This document shows, piece by piece, positions 8,692 to 21,500 of a stretch of 32,000 bases of DNA. Within the stretch, counting starts at the first letter, position 1, and each line of letters opens with the position of its first letter. Under the pieces are notes generated by a model that searched no databases, was not told where the DNA came from, and was given only the letters and a program-made list of their open reading frames with translations. The position numbers were made by a program, and so were the translations under genes. The stretch is from Candidatus Thorarchaeota archaeon (lineage in GTDB: Archaea; Asgardarchaeota; Thorarchaeia; Thorarchaeales; Thorarchaeaceae), in NCBI GenBank assembly GCA_008080745.1, contig SHMX01000001.1:30001-62000 (forward strand), given 5' to 3'.

Positions 8692-8783
8692 TATCCATAC
8701 TATTAAGCATCTCGACAGGTCAATGATTTTCTGCGTTGGAATTGGTGGGGGTTATTTAGCCTAATAGAGAACAATGATATGAA

Positions 8784-9545
8784 ATGAAACCTTCCAATCC
8801 AAATCTAAGAGTAGGGTTCTCTACAGCAGATCAAATAACCCGTCAAATTGTAAGCTCGGGGACAAAAGAAATCGATATCCTCTTGGATGGGGGTCTGGAA
8901 CTCGGTTTCACTCACCTTTTCTTTGGACAACGTAATCTCCATGAAGACATCCTCAAGATGGCTGTGCATATCCAACTTCCCAAGAATCGTGGAGGTCTTG
9001 GCAGCCCAGTCATAATTATAGATAGCGCCAATATTCTAAGAGTAGACCAAATCTCTGATATTGCTATTGAATTGAAGTTAGAACCAGAAGATGTTATGGA
9101 CCGAATCTATGTCTCACGTGCCTTTAACGCTTCACAGACATATGATTTGGTAATGAATCAATTAGATAAATTCTTCAAACGAGTTCCTGCAAAGCTGCTC
9201 ATTGTTACAGGACTACCAGATTTGTATATCACAGAGGGACTAACAGGAGAGAAGCTTCAAGAAATCGGTCATATGGCAACAAGAATCATGACATTTACAC
9301 TAAGAAGGCAGCTTGCGACGGTCATAACAACACCTACTACAGAACAAGGTAAGAACACTCCAGCAGGCGGAAAAACATTGGCAAGTTCTGCACAAGTACA
9401 TGTAAGAGTCATTCATTCGAAAGCTTATGTAAAATATTGTCTTACTAAACATCCCCAACATCCCGAGAGAATAACCTCAAGAATGAAGGCAACAAAATAT
9501 AGTGCCACTCTTCCTCTCTCATATTTTCTGAGAGAGGAAGAGTAG
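8784..9545 (+). CDS. RadA/Rad51-family paralog lacking N-terminal HhH domain and Walker A/B
   Basis: GFSTA, SSGTKEIDILLDGGLE, QLPKNRGGL, IIDSAN, IYVSRAFN, KLLIV, PAGGKTLA align with the RadA core; GEFGSGKT and VDS are not present. Confidence 0.85.
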   Translation: MKPSNPNLRVGFSTADQITRQIVSSGTKEIDILLDGGLELGFTHLFFGQRNLHEDILKMAVHIQLPKNRGGLGSPVIIIDSANILRVDQISDIAIELKLEPEDVMDRIYVSRAFNASQTYDLVMNQLDKFFKRVPAKLLIVTGLPDLYITEGLTGEKLQEIGHMATRIMTFTLRRQLATVITTPTTEQGKNTPAGGKTLASSAQVHVRVIHSKAYVKYCLTKHPQHPERITSRMKATKYSATLPLSYFLREEE

Positions 9546-9551
9546 AGAGGA

Positions 9552-12500
9552 TTATTCCTCGTTACCACCAATACTCTCTAGTAGTTCATCTATTGCTTCT
9601 CGTGGAAGTTCTTTTGCCTGTTCAATGAGGTTATCAATCTCATGATCCTCGATACCTCTCTGCTTCAATTCCTTCCTAAGTTCTTCAATCTCGAAGTCAC
9701 TCAGTTTGTCACCGGGGATAGAATCCCAATCAGAGTCAATAGAGGACGGAGTCTTTTCAGGCGTCTTGTCTACTGGAGTAGTATCTTCAGTAGGAGTAGT
9801 GTCATCGGGTATACCGATAATTATTGGACTAGGTCCTTCATCAGGGCCCTTGTCGGGAACCGCACCTGTCTTCAACTTGGCCTCTGTTTCAACTTTCTTG
9901 AGAATATCCTCTACAGTAGTGTGTTCACGACGAGCTGCACGAATAGCTTCTTGTTGAATGACTTCTTTCACGAATGCAGCCTGTTCACTCATCCGCATCT
10001 TAGAAATATCAGACTTGAACTCATCAAGCTCGGTCTGGGAGAGATTAGTCAGTATCTGAAGCTGAATAAGCAGTTCACCCATCTCTGGTACCTCAACAGG
10101 AACTGAAGTTTCAGGTACTTGGCTTACTGTTCGAACAATTTCAAGACCCTTCAACGTGTCGGTCCACAAATCAGCAATAACACCTCTTCTATCACGGACT
10201 TCAGAAATGGGTTTAGGCATCTTACCTTTCTCCATTGCTTTAATTTGTCCGTTTATCTGACGAATACGTTTTGGTACACTCCAGACTTTCACATACATTC
10301 CCAGCAGAAGGATAATGACAAGACTGATGGGGAATCCAATTCTGAGACTGTTATCTACTAGAATATCAACATCGTTCATAAGAACAGATACTCGAAACTC
10401 AGCAGTAGCATTGGTATGATAAGGTCTACTGAGGATTATTTGAATGGCTGAAGGTACACCAACAGACTCTGCATAGAGCTCGATTTGATACCAACCATTA
10501 CTTTGTTCGGCCCATCCGATTACTACAATTGAAGGTGTATCGCTGCTTATGGTGAGAATAGCATCAGTGATTCCAATTCCATGCCATGTGTCATTAAATT
10601 GAACTCGTATTGTAGTCGATGCTCCATGGATAAGACTGAAAGATGTATCGGAAGGATCTGTTGATACTTGAGTTGGGACTTCAATAATGCGAAGTCTCAC
10701 AGTGACTTCTGAAGTTTCGTAATTAGAAAGCTTCAGAACAATGGTGAAACGATAGTAGCCATCCACAATCTCAGGTACTCCTTCAGAGTATTGATAGATT
10801 TCTGTATCAGTAGTATCAAAGACTAGTTTATACCAACCACCTTCCATCTCAATAAGTTCGAAGTTACGACCCCCATCAAAGGTGACACCTCTGAACACAC
10901 TAGCATCAAGCAAATTAGCTTGAGATATGCCACCCACATACCCCTCAGTGGAATCGGTATCATTGTAAAGGACTAGTATTTCGATTGTATCACCCATAGG
11001 TACTACAAGATTGAGTGGATTGTCTTCCGCTACTCGGTTTTGAAGTGGAGATTCAACAATCAACTCGGTTGGTACTTCCTGTACAGCTATAGTAAGAGAA
11101 GAAGTACCAACGACATAATTCGGTTTGTTAAATGAGATAGTAACCGTGTATCGAGCACCAGGCGTCAATATGGTTGTATTAACAAAGACCGTATAAGATC
11201 CATTACCCAAATCTGTCGCATTCAAGCCAGCATATGGCCCCCATGAGAAGAGAGCTTCAGCCCCACCCACACCTACTTCATTCCAGGTGTCATCAAAGTA
11301 GAATGTGACATTGCCTTCCCAACCCCATACCACCGTAGGTGCAGTCAGATAAGAGGCTTGAGTTGGAATAAGTTTGATAGTTAGAGTTAAGGTAGCTATC
11401 GAATCGCTAAGGACCGGGTCTCCGGGCTGACCGAGAATAGTGATACCCCAACTGCCATAATTAGCATCTGTGGTATTGAAGACAGCTTGCCAAATTCCAT
11501 CTCCGATATGAGTGAAGTTGCCTTGGATACCAACCTCCGAGAGATCCCAAATAACCGCAGTTCCGTTTTCATCTGTAATCTGGAAACCGAGGTCAGGAGC
11601 AGTAAAGTTGACCTCAAATGTAACTAGTTCGGAGTAGTAGGCATTGATGGTCTTGGTAGTCGAACCAGAAAGGTTCAATTCGGTTCTGCTCTGTTGTAGG
11701 TTGACCTTGAATTGATATGGAGCAGGATTGTAATTAATGAACTCTGCAAGAATGTTTACACTGTAAAAAGTGATTGGCAATTCAGTAGCGGAGCCAGGAA
11801 TAGTTGCAGTGTAATAACCCGGAGTTCCATTGTATGCCATCGGATAGTCCACACCTTGGAAGGTTATGTAGACATTCTGAATATAGGTATCATTGACTGG
11901 GACAGCGTTGAAAGTGTCATTGAGATATACGCTGATTGGAACAGAGGCCCCTCGAGGTAGATTCAAAGATGCCACATTAGGTGTGATGGGGACCATGTCA
12001 GATGGCAAAGTGAGAACAATCAGGGTGATAGTAGTGACTGCGTTTGCGAACTTGTCCTTCTGAGCATATATTTTGATAACTCTAGTTCCTGAGTTTGCCA
12101 GAGATGTATCGATATCAACGGTATAGACACCCGATGTGCCCGTTTCAATTAGAGTACCTGTTCCTCCGTCCCATTCATAAGTGACGGTAGCACCAGGAGT
12201 TAGATTCGCACTAAGAAGATTCTCATATTCCACATAGAGAGTGGCAGTTTCAGTCCAGCTCAATTGAATGGTATCCTCTGTCGGCGTTAGTATTGTTCGG
12301 ATGACTGTAACAGTGAAGGTCGGCTGAACACTGGCAACTCTGTAGGGATAAAGACTTGCCGTGACATTCAACGCATAACTACCCGTCGAATCAAGGTCAA
12401 TGGTGCTGAACGAGATGTTGTATGCACCACCTCCGATGTCTTCAATTACTAAATCAGCAGGAACAATACCCGTCGATAGATACGACACTGTTATTGCACC

Positions 12501-15500
12501 TGGAACCCCAGCAATTCCAATCTGCCCATGGTCTAAATCACGGAAGTATACCGTTACATTCACACTAGCAGAGATTTCAACTGAGGAGGGCTGTGGTAAA
12601 TCAGCCTGTAAAGCGGTCCATATCAGATCGACTGAACCAGTCACAGTAATAGTTGATAGATTAGCATAGAAGGGAATTAGTGATTGATTCCACTGAACGG
12701 TAATATCGAATGTGTAATCACCAACGTTACTGAATACTGCAGTATTGACTGTTATGTTGTAATATCCAGCCAATGAACCAGTACCCTCCGTAATGTTATA
12801 TGATGAACCCTCAACCAATGACTGCTCAACACAGTCAAAGAGAATGATTGCTCCCTCTACAGGTATATCTTTCGCACCATCTTCCACAAAGAAAGTAATG
12901 GTGAGAATATCACCCTTTGGAGTTGATGGAATCTGTCCCAAAGTGAATGACATAGATCTACCAATGGTTGTAACTCTGAGAGAGGTCTGATCATCAGTAT
13001 AGAATGGTGCATTTGAATCATTCCAATCTATGAAGATAGTAAGATTGAGGTCATTTACCAGTTCAGTTCCTAGAACGGTTGAATTTATGGAAACCAAGAA
13101 GTTAGAACCGGAGGGAGTGATGACATATTCATTTGCTAGAAGTGGAGTACCATTTGAATAGATGATAACATTCGAAGCTGATACGGAGATAGGTTCATCT
13201 GAAATAGTATCTGTGAATCTAAAGGTGAAAGTCATATTATCCCAATAGCTTGTCTGCGAAGGTGGAGAAATAATCTCAACATCCGCTGTTCTTTTGGTTA
13301 CTGTTACAGATACATTTCTTGATGCATCATTGTGATATGGTGCTCCGCCACTCCAAATTGCTGTAACCTTCACTTGATAGGAGCCCAGACTTGTAAGAGC
13401 AGTGGTGTTCAATTGAATGATATATTCTCCAGCCGCTCCTTGTGTCACGAAGAAATCAGAGCCCTCTGTAAGAGTACTTGTGGTTTGCAAACTTATTGTG
13501 GCTCCAGATATTCCCTGTGTTTCATCAACATCCCAATAATACATTGTAAACTCTGCAAACTCCAGATAAGCAGCGGGTACAGGTGCATCTTGAATGTCTA
13601 GACTTGAAACACGATTGCGAATTGAGAATGAAACATATAGGAAGTCACTTCGATAATATGGAGATTCATAGATGTAGGACATACTAATGTTTAGCACAAA
13701 TGTCTGTCCAACAGGTAGAGTCTGACCATCAGTTTCAACAAGAAGCTGATATGTTTCACTTGCAGGCCTCCATGTTACTGTGAACACCCAACTAGTACCA
13801 TTAACAATCTCAAGAGTGGTCTGGGGTGTGGAATTACCAATATTGTCCAAAGTCAACATGTCTTGATAATATAGGATGATTTCCATGGTTGTACCATAAC
13901 CCACACTCCCTACAGGTTCTGCCGATAATAAGGTGGTTCGAAGTCTAACGTTTAGTGTTCGTACAGCAGATGCATCATTGGCAAAATTACTTCCAGTGTA
14001 TACAAACGAGGCATTGATGGAATAATAACCCGGCTCACCAAAGTATCCTGAATCGAACTCGAAATCGAATTGTCCATTACCCTGAGGTGTAATTTGATAG
14101 TATATCAATGGAATCTCAGTTGTTCCATTATATAACGAGATAGTAGCATCATCAATACCAAATTCTGTTGATCCTGCAATATCCTCATAAGTGATAGAGA
14201 ACGTGACATTATCGCCATAAGGCGTAGGAGCCGGAGCCTGATAATCCAACTGAGTTTGTCTCAGAGTGACAGTTAGAGATATCTGTTGGAATGTCCTATT
14301 TGCATAATATGGAGAACCATTCCATGTGATATTGATATGGAAGGTCATTCGACCAATGTTCCCAAATTGTGAGGTGTCAAATGACACGGTGAATATACGT
14401 GTACTTGTACTATAGGTTATTTCTGGTACTTCGGTCAGATTTGTTACCAGAGTAAGATTTCCAGCATTGGCAATCAGTGTATCTATCGTCGTTGTATCAA
14501 GATAACCAACTTGTACTGTTGCATTTTCACCATATGCTGTGTTTGTTGGAGGCTCAATTGATAGAGCAGTTGTCCTTGCAATCACAGTAACTTGTATGTT
14601 TGTTGAATCATCACGATAGTAATTTGGCGAATCTGGCCAATCAACGGAAATAGTCAACTGAAGGTTAGAAACCAATACTGAAGTAATGATTGTAGAATTG
14701 ATGCTAATTTCATATTGATTCGATCCGATATCAGTATAAACAAAATCAGATGGGGACAATTCAATAGCACCTTTGTAGATATGAAGAAGACTCTTTGTCA
14801 CTGAAGGAATAGTTGTTCCATATCCCAGGTCGGTGAACTCAACAACAAAGGTCACATTCTCTAAGTAGCTCGTCCGGCCAGGTGTAGAAACAATAGTGAC
14901 ATCTGTTGGTCTTCTTATGACACTCAGATTGATACTTAGTGAGGCATTATCGTGGAATGGAGCTGTCATGCTCCAATTTGCCCAAATCGTAATGCCAAAA
15001 CTGCCGATTCCCCCAAGTGCTTCAGAGTCCACAGAGACCGTATAATAACCTCCAGAATCGTCAGAATAGGTATACTCGGTAGTTAATGTGAGTGGTGTAC
15101 CACTTACTTCTACGTTGATTGTCGCACCCGATACACCCACTGATGCATCAGCATCACTATAGTATACAGAGAAATCAATCCAATCGAGATATGGCGTCTG
15201 AACAGGAGAAGTTTCCCTTTCCAATGAAGACTCACGATGCCTCAACTCAAACGTAATAGTAGTATCATCCCAATTATAGAAGGGACTCTCATATGAATAA
15301 CTCATATTTAATTTGAGAGAATATTCTATACCAATCTCGAGGCTTGGTTGGTTGTAGGTTTCAATAGTTAGCTCATAGTATCCCATTGCTGAGACCCAAC
15401 TAATTGTATACAGCCAAGACCCTGCTGTTTCAATATTGAAGAAGACATCAAATGTGTCATTTCTAATATCCGCTAAAGTAAGTGTGTCTTGGTAATAGAG

Positions 15501-18500
15501 AATCACAGTAAAGGAAGAGTTGTACGGGACTCTATCAAAGGGATCTGAAGTAAGAGAAGTAACCCGCTTAGTTATAGTCAATGTCCTGTCGGAATCATCA
15601 GAAGCATAATAGAATTCCGATGATGTTATGTTCACAGTAATCACATATGAACCAGGTGTGGCAAAGTAAGTGGTATTGAATACAACTTCATATTCCCCGT
15701 CTGTTCCAGGTGTAACACTGTAATAGGATCCTAGAATTTGAGTGGTACCATTATACAATATAACTGTAGCACCATCAATACCACTTGAGCTACTTCCAGT
15801 CACATCAGTCCAAGTCACTGTGAAAGTCACATTGTCCAAATAAGGAGTGGGAGCAGGAGACTGGTAGTCCAATACCGTATCTCGTACTGTGACTGTTACA
15901 AACACAGTTCGTCCTGTTTTGTTCTGATAGAACGGCGAACCATACCACTCAATATCAAGAGTAAATGATTGCTGACCCAGTCCACCAAATTGACTTGTAT
16001 TAAACTGAACCGTGAAGGTCCGGGTAGCAGATTCGTAAGAGAGTGTGTAGTCACTTAGACTTAGTGAGATATTGAGAGAGGTCGAATTCGCAATGGATTC
16101 ATCTATCAGAGCATCTTCATAATTGAAAGTAAAGGATGCGATTTCCGAATAGGATGTAGCAGAAGCAGGTACTAACGAAACCAAAGTGTCTCTTGCTAAG
16201 ATTCTAACAGAGATTGTATCTGTTCGGTTTGTATAAAATGGAGCAACTCCATAAGACCAGTTGATATAGACTCGCATGTAGATTAGTCCGGTATGTGAAA
16301 ACAGTGATGTGTTGAATCTAATCGAGTAATTACCGGGACTAGTTGAAGAATCAACCTCCCAAATATCAACTTGTGAGAGTTCTACAGATTCTCCTGTGAA
16401 GACGACATTGATGTGAACATCACCAGTATCATTGGTTATTCCATCACCGTTGCTCTTAGAATAGAAGAATGTGTAGCTCATGTTATTCAGATAAGGAGTG
16501 GGTTCAGATGACAAAATCAGGGTAAGACGGGAGTCCTCTCCAACAATATTAGCTGAAGCTTGGACAGTCTTATTCTGGTATTTGTAAACAGAGCCAGTCC
16601 AATTGAAGAAGACAGTGAAGTCTTGAAGTCCTAATCCACCAAATTGTGCTGCAGAGATAGTTATTAAATAATACCCGCTACCAAGCGATGTATCGTTCAC
16701 CATCGTAGCAGAAACTTGCATGGTTTCATTCCACACCTCATAACTAATGAGATCGGACACGATTCCAGCTCCTGCACTATCTAAATCTCCATAGAATACC
16801 GAGATTTCAATCTCGCCATTGTATGCAGTAGGTTCGATAGCACTCACTAAACGAAAGTCTGTGTTGTGTGTTCGAACTACTACAGTCAGGTTAAACAGAC
16901 CAAACTGATAGTTCTCGCCTTTTGAGAAGTTAAACATAACGAGGTAAGTACCTAATGCTACCGAGTCAGATGTAGTAAATGTGAGTTTGTACTCTTCACC
17001 AACCATCGTGACAGATACAGTTTCTGTCCAGTTATGATTAACTGTTGCTCCTGTGATTGCTTCATCGTGGTCAATATCCCAATAATCAACATAGAATACA
17101 GGAGAATTACCAACTGGAATGTCTAATGCACCAGTAGAAGGAATTGCATAGGTATACGCAATCCGGATGACAACGGTGAAACGCAATGTTTGAGGTGCGT
17201 AACCATCTGCATCTGCTGTCAGGTTGTAATAATGAGTGCCTTTGTTGAATCCGGTTATGTTAACAGTAACCCGGTATTGACCATTTCCAAGGTCTTGTTG
17301 ATTGTAGATTGTTATACCCTCAGCTGAGATAGTAGCACCCACAATTCCAGCATCACGATCAATATCCGTGAAGTTCAGAGTGACTGTGAAATCAGTTTCA
17401 AATGGAGTAGTTACAGTACGGTCTCCTGAAGAGAGTTCGCTTCTTGCAGGACGATATTCAAATACCAAAGTTAGTTGATGTGATTGATATCGTGAGTCTG
17501 TAGATACAAATGTAACATAGATGGTATAAGTACCCTCGGGGAAATAGCTCCCATCTATTGTTAGATTGTAACGTCCATCTCCAAGGTGAACCATAGTAAA
17601 GACATAACTACCAGTACTATTTTCAACCGTAAAGTTAGTAGCAGTTAGGCCAGTTATTGGGTCCCCATAATATTGTCCGAGTTCTGTAATATTCAATCGT
17701 AAGACAATCTTGAAATCATCACCTTTTGGAAATATCATGTCATTGGGTTCGTTGGAAAGAGTTGTTTCGATACTATGGATAGTGATATCAAATACGTAAT
17801 TATCAGGATTATAGTAGTTGGAAGAGCCCATTGATACGCTAAGGGTCACTGAAGTGATTCCAACATCCCAAGTATCTGTCGCAAGTGTGATATCAAATGT
17901 GCTTACTGTTGTAATTTCTTGGAAACTAGTTGCCCAGGTGAAATTGAGCCAGTCAACATTTGTATATGTTACAAGTGTACCTGTATCTAAATCAGTTATT
18001 TTCACTGTAACATCTGTGGTATTTCCATAGGGAGAAGTTAGATCTCCAGTTACTGTAATGGAGGTATAGTGTCTTCTAATCGTTACATCGAATGAAAAGG
18101 TATCTGGATCAAAATAGTTGGATCCACTCATGGATACTTCTAACGTAACAGTCACAATACCTACTGACCAAGAATCCGTTGGTAGTGTATCAGTTAGTGA
18201 TGATGCAGGGTTTTGTTCGTAGAACCCACCAGTCCATGTGAAATTGAACCAGTCAGCATTACCAGCTGCCAGTTGTGCACCAGTATCAGAGTCGTAAATG
18301 ATGATTGTTACATCGGTAGTTTCACCGTAAGGAGTAATATAATCTCCAGATACGCTTACAGAAGTGAAATGTTTCCGTATTGTAATATCAAAGTCATAAC
18401 CATCTGGATCGAAGTAATCAGAACCAGTCATATCCACTGTAATAGTAACAGTTTCAGTTCCCAGAGACCAAGTGTTTGTTGCTAATGTAACACTATAACT

Positions 18501-21500
18501 AGTCCCATCAAAGTTCTGAGAATCTCCAGTCCAAGACATAGAGAATGAAGCAACATCAATAATGGACACGACTGTTCCAGTATCGAGATCTACTACCTCA
18601 ACAGTTAGAGGTGTATCCATTCCGACTGGTGTGGTCATGTTTCCTTTGACCGTTACAGCTGTGTAGTGGTTTCTAATCTCAATATCAAAGGCATAAGAGT
18701 CAGGATCAAAGTAATCAGAACCAGTCATATCGATTGTTAGGATGACTGTATCAAGTCCAACAGCCCATCCATCAGTATCAAGTTCAAATACATAATCAGA
18801 AGGATTGGATTCTCCACCAGAAGAATATGATGCGGGAGTGAATGTAAATGAAGCCACGTTTCCAATAGCAATCGAAGTGCCTAGATCTGTGTCTATCAAT
18901 AATATGGTCAGGGTAGTATTTTGACCCCATGGTGTTAGCAAATCACCAGAAACAGTGACAGAAGTGTAGTGCTTCCTTATCTCGACATCAAAATCAAATG
19001 AGTTTGGATTGAAATAGTCAGATCCAGTCATATCAACTGTCAGAGTTACTGTATCGATTCCAACTGTCCAACCATCTGTATCTAATTCATATATGTAGTC
19101 GGATGGGTTTGATTCACCCTCAGAGGAATGGGAGGCGGGGGTAAAAGTGAATGAATTCACATTTGTGGAAGCAATGGCAGTTCCCGTGTCAGTGTCATTC
19201 AGAATAATGGTAACAGAGGTATTGAAACCAAAGGGAGACAAGAAATCGCCAATAACTGATACTGATGTGTAGTGTTTCCGTATGTTTATTGTGAAGTCGT
19301 AGTTTGTTGGATCAAAGTAGATTGAGCCAGTTAGCGAAACTGATAACGTTACGGTCTCATCGCCCAATACCCAGGTATTTGTGGTGAGTGTCTGACTGTA
19401 AGAAAGGGGAGAATTGATAATTTGTGCAGAATAGCTCACTGGATCAAAAGTGAATGAAACTACATCACCAATAGGTACGGAGGTACCCGTGTCCATGTCC
19501 GTAAGGACTACGGTAACACCGGTATCAAAGTCAAATGGTGTTACAAGATTGCCCTGCACTGAAACGGAAGTATAATGTTTTCGGACAGTAAATGTGACGT
19601 TAGTATCCGCATCAGCCATATATGACCCAGTTTTTGATGCATCAAATACAAACCAGTGGTTACCAAGTCCCAAATAACTCAAGTCGAGGGAGATGTTATA
19701 CATACCATTCCCTTCAGCATCGGTCGCAATAGTGGTTCCATTGTCAAAGGAGATAGTTGCACCTGTGATAGGTATGTCATCATAGACATCCCAGTAGAGT
19801 AATGTGGCTGTGGAATCAAAACCAATGGGCGTAGATGAAACATTCAGATAGGTCAATCTAGTTTCATGGTATAAATCCAAGTCAAAGTATTCAGTTGCAT
19901 TGTTGTAATGAGGATGATATGAAGCAATGTTGATTCTCCAACGTTGAGCAGTTCCCAGGTCAGAAGTGTTCAGGACAATGCCATACGAACCAGCCCCATA
20001 TTCATCAAGAGTGATTTCAGTTGGAGTGCCACTCTGAGTCCAATTCATTGTAACAGTTGCTCCAACCACACCGCCAGCAGTGATATCATCCGTGAGGTCT
20101 AACTCAACTTCAAGAAATTCTCCAGCCAATCGGATGGAGGTTCTGTCGGATACTGCATCATACGGTTCTACAATAGTAAGAGTAGTATCATGTTGAACAA
20201 TGAAATCTCGTTCCATGAGTCCTGTTGCATTAGTTACTGAAACACCCGTGTCATTGTAATAGACAGAGGCGGTCCAGACACCAGCGGGAGCAGTGGAATC
20301 CAGAGTCTTTGTGATTGTCAAGTCAGGAGATGTCCTAATTTGTTCAGTTCCCACAGAATAGAAAGTACTGGGATTATTTTGGTTATCATACATAACGGAT
20401 ATCCATGTTGCTGATTGAATAGTGGTTGAGATTGAAACCTCATCAATCCCACCATCGAAATAGGCGTAAGTACCTGATACTTGATCGATTTGATCTCCAC
20501 CAATTCCCCAAGCGCTGGAGAAATCCAAGCTTGTTGATGCAGGATATTGATCACCAATATAAGCCGTTGCCATATTTTGACCGTCAATATAGATTCTATT
20601 GTTTTCAGCATCACTCGCATCAAAAGTGACGGTATAATGATACCAGCCTGGATCCCAATAGGTCTTTCCTGATGTGTATTTATAATGGAGTACACCATCA
20701 CCAACATTCTCAATCTTGAAAACAAATGACCCATCTGATGCAGAAGAAGAGTAATCACTTCCTACCAATGCAATATGCATATCGTAGTCACCAGAGTAAT
20801 ATTTCTCCATAATCAATTTGGTAGAAGAAGACGAACTGTGCGCACTGTCTAACCTAAACCAACCAGATATTGTCAAATCGCCTGTCGGGTCTAAGCCAAG
20901 GGTGTCGTTTATCTCAATCCAATCATCTGTTGCAAAGTTCTGTGCATTGGCAATCTTTCCAGATGTTGTCACAACATTTCCATTCTGGTTTCCATCGTAT
21001 CCATTCTCAGTGGAATCATAATGAATACCCGTGGTCTGCTCATCAATAGTGTTTTCTCCAAGGTGCCATACAGCTGCATAATCTGAATTCCAAACCTCAG
21101 TAGGTCTCTCTTGGGGACCAACGAATGGATTCCCATAATACATGCTGATTACAGTATTAGTACTTGAGGAGAGATTGGTCTTCACCCATGCTACTAATCG
21201 GGCATTAGAACTATCATAATTCTGATTCCACAACTCAATCTCATGAGGAAGTATATCACCATTTGCAGATACAAAGACAATATCATCACCATCAGATTGA
21301 ACTTTTGATGTATCATGGAGATCAGCATCAGTTAATTCAACAAGTAATGGATAATCTGTAAGATCAGATGCTACCTCAGAAGAAGAAATAGTTATTGATT
21401 TACGGTATTGAAATGAAGGAATGAGATGAGTAGGAGTTCCTGTTGTAGTGGCATAATCAGTATGCCATTGAGAACCTGTAGGGTCTGTTAGAACAAGTCC

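Noticed and set aside
17778-19583. Periodic repeats considered as a CRISPR array or mobile element
   Set aside because: Period about 300 nt, in frame, diverged at synonymous sites; these are protein domain repeats.
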